Positions 1 through 8,068 of a stretch of 11,700 nt of DNA are shown here, one piece after another. How positions within the stretch are numbered: the first letter of the stretch is position 1; each line of letters begins with the position of its first letter. The notes below the pieces were generated by a model, which saw nothing but the letters and a program-made list of their open reading frames with translations, did no database searches and had not been told where the DNA came from. The position numbers and the translations under genes were made by a program. Source of the DNA: a bacterium (GTDB lineage: Bacteria; Zhuqueibacterota; Zhuqueibacteria; Oceanimicrobiales; Oceanimicrobiaceae); assembly GCA_046758365.1 (NCBI GenBank), contig JBHIAC010000107.1:1-11700 (forward strand), read 5' to 3'.

Positions 1-90
1 CCAAATGGTGCATTATGAAGGTACATCCCGCTTACACCATGCGGGAATGACAGGAAAAGGCTGTTTTCGTTCAAACACTATTTGGACGCC
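1..90. repeat. Inverted-repeat element, probably truncated by the window edge, containing a REP-like hairpin
   Basis: CCAAATGGTG (1-10) and CACTATTTGG (76-85) are reverse complements with one mismatch. An internal hairpin TCCCGC (26-31)/GCGGGA (41-46) is followed by ATGAC, which resembles ...GCGGGAATGAC-type intergenic REP-like repeats. Confidence 0.45.
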
Positions 91-121
91 TATAAATTTT
101 ATAAGTTTAGAATTCTAAGAT

Positions 122-127
122 AAAGGT
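122..127 (+). promoter_or_regulatory. Possible ribosome-binding site of gene 1
   Basis: AAAGGT lies 8 nt upstream of the ATG at 136. Confidence 0.4.
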
Positions 128-135
128 AGAAAATT

Positions 136-3100
136 ATGAGGAAGATTGCCGCAGCTGTTAGTTTGGTGTTAATCTTGTTTGTTATCATTCGGTACTGGCC
201 TACTGAGAAACATATCAAATGGCGGGAGGAAAGCGGTTTTAGATGGGCAAAACTTTCTATTCCAAAGTCTAGTAACAGCGGCTTCAAGCAGCTTTCAGCA
301 TCTGAAACAGGAATCACATTTACTAATAATCTGACAAAGGATCAAATTGATAGCAATCGAGTTCTACTTAACGGCTCCGGTGTGGCTGTGGGCGATATAG
401 ATGGTGATGAATTAGCTGACCTGTACTTTAGCCGGCTTAATGGTCCAAACGTTTTGTATAAAAATCTTGGAAATTGGAAGTTTGAGGATATCACGGCTGC
501 CGCTGGCGTTGCTTGTGCTGAGCAATATTCTTCTGGTACTGCTTTTGCTGATATCGATGGTGATGGTGATCTTGATCTTCTAGTAATAGCCTGGGGAGGC
601 CCCAATGCTTGTTTTCTCAATGATGGTACAGGTAAGTTCACAGAGATTACAACCTCTGCTGGGATTTCTTCAAAGACGGGTGCTTCGACTATGGCTTTGG
701 CCGATATCGATGGAGATGGTGATCTAGACCTATATATTACGAATAACAAAAAGATTCGTGCAGAAGATATTTATTTACCTGGTGAATTAGCTTTTGAGAA
801 CATTGTGGAGAAAGTGGGTGATTCTTATCGCATAGCCCCAAAGTTTCAAGAACACTATAGCATAGAAATTAGAAGTAATTTTGTTTTGAGGTTCGAGACA
901 GCCGAACCAGATATCCTTTATCTGAATGATGGCAAAGGGCATTTTAATAAAGTTTCCTTTACAGATGGAAGGTTTCTAGATGAAGAAGGAAAACCTGTGT
1001 CAAAGCTCAAAGACTGGGGATTGATGACCAGATTCCAAGATATGGATGATGATGGTGACCCAGATATTTATGTCTGCAATGATTTTGAGAGTCCCGATCG
1101 TATCTGGATCAATGATGGTAAGGGGTATTTTCAGGCAATACCTAAAATAGCCATTCGCAAGACCAGCAATTCAACCATGGCGGTTGATTTTTCTGATATA
1201 GACAGAGATGGGGACCTAGATTTCTTTGTTGTAGATATGCTTAGTCGAAATCATCGACGACGTATGACGCAGATGAGTACTATGGTACCCATACCATTTG
1301 CCATTGGTACAATAGATAATCGTCCGCAGTATATGCGTAATACTCTTTTCTTGAACCGTGGGGATAAAACCTATGCAGAAATTGCACATTTCAGCGGTGT
1401 ACAGGCCTCCGAATGGTCCTGGTCTAATCTATTTCTAGACGTTGATCTTGATGGATATGAAGATGTACTTGTTTCAACTGGGCACTATTATGATGCCCAA
1501 GATTATGATACGAGAGAGCGAATCGACAAGCGCCTGAGATTCATGAAAACGGTGGGGTTTGCAAAGCCTCCTTCAAATCCTATTTTTTTGTATCCCAGAT
1601 TAGAACTCCCGAACATTGCTTTTCGCAATCGTGGAGATTTAACATTTGAAGAAGTCGGGCAAGAGTGGGGATTTGCCTCAACAGATATCAGCCATGGTAT
1701 GGCCTTGGGAGATTTTGATAACGACGGTGACCTTGATGTGGTTATCAATCGATTCGATGCCCCGGCCGGGGTGTACCGTAATGAATCGGTAGCCCCCCGA
1801 ATTGCAGTGCGTTTGCGCGGCCTTCCACCCAACACCCAGGGAATTGGGGCAAAAATACGAGTGGTGGGTGGTCCCGTGCCGCAAAGTAAGGAAGTCATTT
1901 GTGCCGGAACCTATCTTTCAAGCTCTGATCCTTTCTATGTTTTTGCCGCGGGTGAGGCTGAAAATGACCTCACCATCGAAGTGAAATGGCGAAATGGCAA
2001 GATTAGTGTTATTAAAGATGTCAAGCCCAATCGTGTATATGAGATTTATGAATCTGCGGCTATTTCAACTCAAATCGCCCAACCAACTCCTGACTCTATC
2101 CCTAAACCCTATTTTGAAGATGTAAGCGAGTTAATCAATCATACGCATCACGAGGATCCTTATGATGATTTTAAGCGACAACCGTTGTTACCGAATCGCT
2201 TGAGCCAGTTAGGACCCGGAGTCGCCTGGCACGACCTTGATGGGGATGGCGATGATGATTTGGTCATCACCAGTGGAAAGGGAGGACAATTGGCCTATTT
2301 TCGAAATGATGACCAAGGAGGATTTCATCGAATTCAAGACCGTTTATTAACCCAAAAATCGCAATATGATCAAACCACGGTGCTGGGCTGGACAAAAGAA
2401 GATGGATCAACCTCTCTGCTCGTGGGGTGTTCTAATTTTGAGAACTCCAGGCCAAGTGACTCATTTGTTCTGCGTTACGATTTTAAACATGGGCAGGCCA
2501 ATACGAGCAATCAAATCGTGGGGGATATCTCCAGTACGGGCCCGATGACGATGGCAGATTATGATAGCGATGGAGACTTGGATCTTTTTGTAGGCGGGCG
2601 GACCATTCCTGCACGGTATCCAGAGCCTGCCTCGTCTGAATTATACCGCAATGAAGGTGGTAACTTTAAACTTGATACATTAAATACAGAACAGTTTAAA
2701 GAGGTTGGTTTGGTATCAGGAGCGGTATTCAGTGATTATGACAATGACGGGGATGCGGACCTTATTTTGGCGGTTGAATGGGGGCCAGTGATGGTTTTTC
2801 GTAATGAGGGTGGTGTTTTCACTGATGCGACGGAGGCGTTAGGTTTAAGTGAATATCATGGTTGGTGGCATGGTGTGACCACCGGGGACCTGAATGAGGA
2901 TGGCAAACTTGATATTATCGCAACCAATTGGGGATTGAATAGCAAGTATCAGGATCAATATGAGAACGGCCATCCATTACGAATTTTTTACAGCGATTTC
3001 GATTATAATGGTACGCTCGATATTGTTGAGGCTTATTTTGATCCGGTGACACAAAAGCTGGTTCCAGAGCGCGATCGGTTTTGGATGCTAAGAGCCCTAC

Positions 3101-3861
3101 CAAACGTCCGAATACGTATCCCAAACCATAAAAAGTATAGTAGGTCCAGTATTCAAGAGATCATTGGGCCCAAACTCAGGCTAGCCGGCGAGCTAAGAGC
3201 CAATACGTTAGCGCACACGATCTTTTTTAATCGCGGGACTCGATTCGAAGCTGTTGAGATGCCGGCAGAAGCACAATTTGCACCGGCGTTTTATGTTGGG
3301 GTGGCTGATTTTGATGGCGACGGTCATGAGGATGTTTTCTTAAGTCAGAATTTCTTTGACTCTCAGGTTATAACTCCTCGGTCTGATGCTGGTCGCGGGC
3401 TTTGGTTGAAGGGAGACGGGAATGGTAGGTTGGAGCCAATCCCTGGTCAGGAGTCCGGGGTTAAGGTTTACGGGGAGCAGCGAGGTGCAGCGTTAGGCGA
3501 TTATGATCGGGATGGCCGTGTCGACCTCGTAGTTTCCCAAAATGGCGCATCCACAAAGCTCTATCATAATGTGGGTGCCAAACCAGGGTTACGCATTCGA
3601 TTGCATGGGCCCAAGGGAAATCCCTGGGGCGTTGGTGCTATAATACGTTTAGTCTATGAAAACCGCTTTGGTCCTGCACGCGAAATTCATCTCGGTTCCG
3701 GATACTGGTCGCAAGATTCCAGGATACAAATCATGGGAACTCCAGAACAACCTAAAGGTGTCTGGGTTCGCTGGCCTGACGGTCATATAACTCAATCAGA
3801 TATCCCTCATAGCGCAAGGGAAATCATTATTAATTTTGATGGAAAAGTAATTATTATGTAA
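136..3861 (+). CDS. CRTAC1/VCBS-family protein: FG-GAP repeat beta-propellers and two ASPIC/UnbV domains, N-terminal membrane anchor or signal (paralogue 1)
   Basis: 1241-aa ORF with a hydrophobic N-terminus (MRKIAAAVSLVLILFVII). It has many D-x-D-x-D-G-x-x-D-L/I Ca-binding FG-GAP motifs. ASPIC/UnbV-like segments are RIAVRLRGLPPNTQGIGAKIRV...YLSSSDP...IEVKW (~1798-2050) and GLRIRLHGPKGNPWGVGA...SGYWSQDS...VRWPDG (~3586-3850). Confidence 0.9.
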   Translation: MRKIAAAVSLVLILFVIIRYWPTEKHIKWREESGFRWAKLSIPKSSNSGFKQLSASETGITFTNNLTKDQIDSNRVLLNGSGVAVGDIDGDELADLYFSRLNGPNVLYKNLGNWKFEDITAAAGVACAEQYSSGTAFADIDGDGDLDLLVIAWGGPNACFLNDGTGKFTEITTSAGISSKTGASTMALADIDGDGDLDLYITNNKKIRAEDIYLPGELAFENIVEKVGDSYRIAPKFQEHYSIEIRSNFVLRFETAEPDILYLNDGKGHFNKVSFTDGRFLDEEGKPVSKLKDWGLMTRFQDMDDDGDPDIYVCNDFESPDRIWINDGKGYFQAIPKIAIRKTSNSTMAVDFSDIDRDGDLDFFVVDMLSRNHRRRMTQMSTMVPIPFAIGTIDNRPQYMRNTLFLNRGDKTYAEIAHFSGVQASEWSWSNLFLDVDLDGYEDVLVSTGHYYDAQDYDTRERIDKRLRFMKTVGFAKPPSNPIFLYPRLELPNIAFRNRGDLTFEEVGQEWGFASTDISHGMALGDFDNDGDLDVVINRFDAPAGVYRNESVAPRIAVRLRGLPPNTQGIGAKIRVVGGPVPQSKEVICAGTYLSSSDPFYVFAAGEAENDLTIEVKWRNGKISVIKDVKPNRVYEIYESAAISTQIAQPTPDSIPKPYFEDVSELINHTHHEDPYDDFKRQPLLPNRLSQLGPGVAWHDLDGDGDDDLVITSGKGGQLAYFRNDDQGGFHRIQDRLLTQKSQYDQTTVLGWTKEDGSTSLLVGCSNFENSRPSDSFVLRYDFKHGQANTSNQIVGDISSTGPMTMADYDSDGDLDLFVGGRTIPARYPEPASSELYRNEGGNFKLDTLNTEQFKEVGLVSGAVFSDYDNDGDADLILAVEWGPVMVFRNEGGVFTDATEALGLSEYHGWWHGVTTGDLNEDGKLDIIATNWGLNSKYQDQYENGHPLRIFYSDFDYNGTLDIVEAYFDPVTQKLVPERDRFWMLRALPNVRIRIPNHKKYSRSSIQEIIGPKLRLAGELRANTLAHTIFFNRGTRFEAVEMPAEAQFAPAFYVGVADFDGDGHEDVFLSQNFFDSQVITPRSDAGRGLWLKGDGNGRLEPIPGQESGVKVYGEQRGAALGDYDRDGRVDLVVSQNGASTKLYHNVGAKPGLRIRLHGPKGNPWGVGAIIRLVYENRFGPAREIHLGSGYWSQDSRIQIMGTPEQPKGVWVRWPDGHITQSDIPHSAREIIINFDGKVIIM

Positions 3862-3998
3862 TCTGCAAAAAGCTGACCTTCTATTAATTTTTATTAAATA
3901 TCTATTTGATATATTTATATAACTCATTAATAATCAACCTAATTTACATAAAGTAAGAAGGTCAGCTTTTAGGGTAATTACCTTTTTGCAGATTACTC
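3856..3998. mobile_element. 143-bp MITE-like element with terminal inverted repeats and a 6-bp target-site duplication (ATTATT)
   Basis: GTAATCTGCAAAAAG (3858-3872) pairs perfectly with CTTTTTGCAGATTAC (3982-3996). AAAAGCTGACCTTCT (3868-3882) pairs perfectly with AGAAGGTCAGCTTTT (3956-3970). ATTATT flanks both sides (3850-3855 and 3999-4004). The core is AT-rich and non-coding. Confidence 0.7.
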
Positions 3999-4055
3999 AT
4001 TATTGAATTATGATTTAAAAAATCTTTAAAAACTTAATATAAAATTATAAATTTA

Positions 4056-4202
4056 GAAGTCTGGCAAAAAAGTCCCAAAATGCTTAAGCTCCGATTTTCC
4101 TTATAATATTTAAAAAGGGAAGTCAGGGCGCTCTAAATTTTTGTATTTACGTCGGGTGAGGACGCCCAAGGGAGGGGGTGAAGTGGTTTTCAGCTAGATT
4201 TC
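4056..4202. mobile_element. 147-bp degenerate MITE-like insertion flanked by TA
   Basis: The left end GAAGTCTGGCAAAAAA matches the reverse complement of the right end, GAAATCTAGCTGAAAA, at 12/16. TA lies on both sides, and TAGAAGT is repeated directly at 4054-4060 and 4203-4209. Excision restores a leader resembling that of gene 1. Confidence 0.45.
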
Positions 4203-4217
4203 TAGAAGTTACAATAT

Positions 4218-7200
4218 ATGAATATTATTAAAAAGATTATTTTCATAACGAGTCTGGTATTAATTTTTTATTTAATAATAATTCAATTTTGGCCTGAGAA
4301 GTCCATCGAATGGCACGAGGGAGTAGGCTATCGTTGGGCAGAACTTCCTCATCATAAATCTGGCAAAACTGGCTTCACCTTATTGCCCCCTTCTAAAACG
4401 AGAATCACCTTTTCTAACAGCCTGACGCAGAACCAAATTGGAGACAATCAGTTTCTACTGGGTGGCTCCGGCGTGGCAACCGGAGATATTGATGGCGATG
4501 GGCTGGTGGATTTGTATTTTAGCTGTCTTGACGGTTCAAACGTATTATACAAAAACTTAGGCAATTGGGAGTTTAAGGATATCACCAAACAAGCAGGGGT
4601 TGCTTGCTCCAACCGTTTTTCAACCGGTGCAACGTTTGCAGACCTAGACGGCGACTATGACCTCGATCTACTGGTTACTGCACTGGGTGGACCAAATGCA
4701 TGCTTCATAAACGACGGTACTGGCAAATTTACCGAAGTAACCGATTCGGTAGGCCTAAAATCGAATAACGGAAGTACTTCCATGGCGCTTGCTGACATTG
4801 ATGGTGATGGAGATCTAGACCTTTACATGACAAATTTTAAGAAAAAATCTGTTGAAAGCCTCTATTCACCCTATGAAAGAGCACCTAACCGTGTTGCCAA
4901 AAAAGTTGGTAACACATTTGAGGTATTGCCTCAATTTAAAGAACATTATAGAGTTGAGATGATTGGCGACCAGCCCTTTCTCTTTGAAAATGCCGAACCC
5001 GATTTTTTATATCTTAATGACGGTAATGGGTATTTCAATCGGGCTTCGTTCACAGATGGAAGATTTTTGGATGAAGAGGGAAAACCTGTATCTGAGCCCA
5101 AAGATTGGGGGCTATTGCCGAGATTCCAAGATATGGACAATGATGGCGACCCGGACATTTATGTTTGTAACGATTACTGGAGCCCTGATCGTATCTGGAT
5201 TAACGATGGCACAGGACATTTTCAAGCCATAAGTAAGTTAGCCATTCGCCATACCAGTAAGTTTTCCATGGCGATGGACTTTTCCGATGTCGATAGGGAT
5301 GGCGACCTGGATTTTTTGCTGATCGATATGTTAGCCCAAGATCATCAACGGCGTATGCAGCAGATGGGTACCACCAGACCAACACCCACTGCAATCGGGC
5401 AATTCGACAATCGGCCGCAGATAAAGCGTAATAATCTGTTCTTGAATCGTGGCGATTGCACCTATGCCGAGATTGCTCTTTTTAGCGGTGTGCAGGCCAC
5501 TGAGTGGACCTGGTCTGCTCGGTTTCTTGATGTTGACTTTGATGGATATGAAGACATACTAGCAACAAATGGCCAGTTGCATGACTTCGAGGATACCGAT
5601 ACCAACGATCGCGTTCAGAGGCTCTCTGCGTTTGGATATGATCATCGCCAGCTCACATCATTATACCCTAAGTATCTGACATCGAACATAGCCTTTCGAA
5701 ATAAAGGTGATTTAACCTTCGAAAATGTTAGTCAGGACTGGGGCTTTACTTTGCCTGATATATCTTGGGGTATGGCATTTGCTGATTTTGATAATGATGG
5801 AGATTTGGATATAGCCACCAACAGACTATATGAACCGGCAGGCATTTACCGCAATGAATCAATAGCTCCACGGATTGCAGTGCGCCTTAAGGGCCTTCCG
5901 GCAAACACGCAGGGTATTGGCTCAAAAATTCGAGTTGTAGGTGGACCTGTACCGCAAAGTAAAGAAGTTATCTGCGGGGGAACCTATCTCTCTGGCTCAG
6001 ACCCAATGGTTACCTTCGCTGCGGGCAGCGCTGAAAATCATCTAACGATTGAAGTAGTTTGGCGAAGTGGCAAGATCAGTCAGATTGAAAATGTTATTCC
6101 AGACCGAATTTATGAAATATTTGAGGCAGATGCCAAGGCAGATGGACAATCGCAGCCCGATTCCTCACGTACACTAACTCATTTTTTTGATGATGTAAGT
6201 TATCTAATCAATCATGAGCACTATGAGGATGTGTTTGATGACTTTAAACGACAGCCCCTGTTACCCATTCGACTCAGCCAATTAGGCCCTGGGGTAGCCT
6301 GGCACGATATCGACGAGGACGGCGATGATGATTTAATTATTGCTAGTGGAAAGGGGGGACAACTCGCATGTTTTCGCAATGATGGAAAACCAGGATTTTC
6401 TCGAATTCAAGGCACTCGTTTGACTCATGATTTAAAATATGATCAAACCGCTGTAGTCGGTTGGACAAAAGAAAATGGCGCAACATCTGTTTTAGTTGGT
6501 TGCTCTAATTATGAGAATTTGCAATCCAGTGATGCATTTTTTATGCGCTACGATTTTGAAAGTGAATCAGTTGTGAATTCAACTAGGGTAACAGGCGACC
6601 GGTCTAGCATCGGCCCAATGGCCATGGCTGATTACGATAATGACGGAGATTTGGATTTATTCGTGGGGGGACGAACCATACCCAGTCGCTATCCTGAGCC
6701 AGCCTCCTCAAAATTATATCGAAATGAAGAAGGTACTTTCACCATCGATGAGACCAATTCAAAACAATTCAACCTTGTGGGGATGGTTTCCGGAGCTGTC
6801 TTTAGTGATATTGACGGTGATGGTGATCCAGACTTGATTTTGGCTGTTCAATGGGACCCTGTGATGATTTTTCGTAACAACAATGGTAATTTCGTCGATG
6901 CAACAAGTGATCTGGGATTCGATCAATATAAAGGGTGGTGGAATGGCGTTGCTACTGGTGATCTTGACGAGGATGGTCATCTGGATATTATAGCCACAAA
7001 TTGGGGATTAAATACTCCATATCCGGCCAGTATTGAAAATCCATTGCGAATCTATTATGATGATTTCGACGGCAATGGTACTCTGGATATTATTGAAGCG
7101 CACTTTGACCCGGAGATGAACAAAGTGGTTCCGGAACGTGGCCTAGCATCCTTGGTGCAAGCCATCCCTTATATCCGTTCTCGAACACCGACCTACAAAC

Positions 7201-7946
7201 GATTTGGTGCAGCTAGTGTGGATGAAATCATTGGTAAATCGTTGACACAATCACACGAACTGCTGGCCAATACGCTTAAGCATACGGTCTTTTTTAATCG
7301 TGGAAATCGATTTGAAGCGGTTGCATTGCCTAAAGAGGCCCAATTTGCTCCTGCTTTTTATGTTGGTGTTGCCGATTTTGATGGCGATGGCCATGAAGAT
7401 GTCTTTATAAGCCAGAATTTCTTTGCTACACAAATTGAAACGGATCGGAACGATGCTGGAAGAGGGCTATGGCTAAAAGGAGATGGCACGGGCAGCCTTC
7501 ACGCGATTTCTGGTCACGAGTCCGGGGTCATGGTTTACGGCGAACAACGTGGTGCTGCCCTCGGCGATTACGATAAAGATGGCCGCGTGGATCTTGTGGT
7601 TACTCAAAATGGTGCAAAGACAAAGCTTTACCGAAACATTGGTGCTAAACCTGGTCTTCGTGTCCGATTATCAGGTGCACCAGGCAATCCAATGGGCATT
7701 GGTTCGACGATTCGTATTGTTTATGATAATAAATTTGGACCTGCTCGTGAAGTCCAATCAGGCTCTGGTTACTGGTCGCAAAATTCGGCCGTGCAGGTAT
7801 TAGGCATAGCAGAAGAGCCTAAAGGTATTTGGGTGCGCTGGCCGGATGGGAACGCTACCATATCAGATCTACCTAAAGAAGCGCATGATATAACCATTAA
7901 TATGAAAGGGGATGTCGTAGTAACTGCTCTTGAATCCAAATTATAG
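4218..7946 (+). CDS. CRTAC1/VCBS-family protein: FG-GAP repeat beta-propellers and two ASPIC/UnbV domains (paralogue 2)
   Basis: 1242-aa ORF collinear with gene 1 over its whole length (shared blocks include FTDGRFLDEEGKPVS, VVGGPVPQSKEVIC and EAQFAPAFYVGVADFDGDGHEDVF). It has a hydrophobic N-terminus and ends in TAG. Confidence 0.9.
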   Translation: MNIIKKIIFITSLVLIFYLIIIQFWPEKSIEWHEGVGYRWAELPHHKSGKTGFTLLPPSKTRITFSNSLTQNQIGDNQFLLGGSGVATGDIDGDGLVDLYFSCLDGSNVLYKNLGNWEFKDITKQAGVACSNRFSTGATFADLDGDYDLDLLVTALGGPNACFINDGTGKFTEVTDSVGLKSNNGSTSMALADIDGDGDLDLYMTNFKKKSVESLYSPYERAPNRVAKKVGNTFEVLPQFKEHYRVEMIGDQPFLFENAEPDFLYLNDGNGYFNRASFTDGRFLDEEGKPVSEPKDWGLLPRFQDMDNDGDPDIYVCNDYWSPDRIWINDGTGHFQAISKLAIRHTSKFSMAMDFSDVDRDGDLDFLLIDMLAQDHQRRMQQMGTTRPTPTAIGQFDNRPQIKRNNLFLNRGDCTYAEIALFSGVQATEWTWSARFLDVDFDGYEDILATNGQLHDFEDTDTNDRVQRLSAFGYDHRQLTSLYPKYLTSNIAFRNKGDLTFENVSQDWGFTLPDISWGMAFADFDNDGDLDIATNRLYEPAGIYRNESIAPRIAVRLKGLPANTQGIGSKIRVVGGPVPQSKEVICGGTYLSGSDPMVTFAAGSAENHLTIEVVWRSGKISQIENVIPDRIYEIFEADAKADGQSQPDSSRTLTHFFDDVSYLINHEHYEDVFDDFKRQPLLPIRLSQLGPGVAWHDIDEDGDDDLIIASGKGGQLACFRNDGKPGFSRIQGTRLTHDLKYDQTAVVGWTKENGATSVLVGCSNYENLQSSDAFFMRYDFESESVVNSTRVTGDRSSIGPMAMADYDNDGDLDLFVGGRTIPSRYPEPASSKLYRNEEGTFTIDETNSKQFNLVGMVSGAVFSDIDGDGDPDLILAVQWDPVMIFRNNNGNFVDATSDLGFDQYKGWWNGVATGDLDEDGHLDIIATNWGLNTPYPASIENPLRIYYDDFDGNGTLDIIEAHFDPEMNKVVPERGLASLVQAIPYIRSRTPTYKRFGAASVDEIIGKSLTQSHELLANTLKHTVFFNRGNRFEAVALPKEAQFAPAFYVGVADFDGDGHEDVFISQNFFATQIETDRNDAGRGLWLKGDGTGSLHAISGHESGVMVYGEQRGAALGDYDKDGRVDLVVTQNGAKTKLYRNIGAKPGLRVRLSGAPGNPMGIGSTIRIVYDNKFGPAREVQSGSGYWSQNSAVQVLGIAEEPKGIWVRWPDGNATISDLPKEAHDITINMKGDVVVTALESKL

Positions 7947-7978
7947 TTATATTCCAATCAGCTCGATTCGCAGGTGGG

Positions 7979-8068
7979 TAAGCCATGAATTTTGTCAGGG
8001 TAGATAATAATGGATGAAGAATATTATTTTTAAATAATTGCTAAATCATCAAAAAGCATAAGCCATGA
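7979..8068 (+). repeat. 10-bp direct repeat TAAGCCATGA, 80 bp apart, each copy containing an ATG
   Basis: Exact copies at 7979-7988 and 8059-8068. The second copy contains the start codon of the lipoprotein gene. Confidence 0.6.

Noticed and set aside
3918..3946. TAACTCATTAATAATCAA within the first element as a recombinase or host-factor binding site
   Set aside because: It only loosely recalls subterminal motifs of mobile elements, and it is too AT-rich and degenerate to support without other copies.
4171..4185. GGAGG followed by GTG as an alternative start for gene 2
   Set aside because: The GTGs at 4178 and 4183 are out of frame with the ORF at 4218, and the ATG start matches the N-terminus of the paralogue.
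391..7600. Recurring GATGGTGAT/GATGGCGAT nucleotide repeats as a CRISPR array or DGR template/variable repeat
   Set aside because: They are irregularly spaced and degenerate at third codon positions, and are fully explained by FG-GAP coding motifs. No cas or reverse transcriptase gene is present.
7944..7988. Read-through of the gene 2 TAG
   Set aside because: It would add only LYSNQLDSQVGKP before a TGA, with no similarity to the paralogue, so it is uninformative.
8023..8038. ATTATTT-TT-AAATAAT palindrome upstream of the lipoprotein gene
   Set aside because: It consists only of A and T in an AT-rich spacer, so it is likely to occur by chance.
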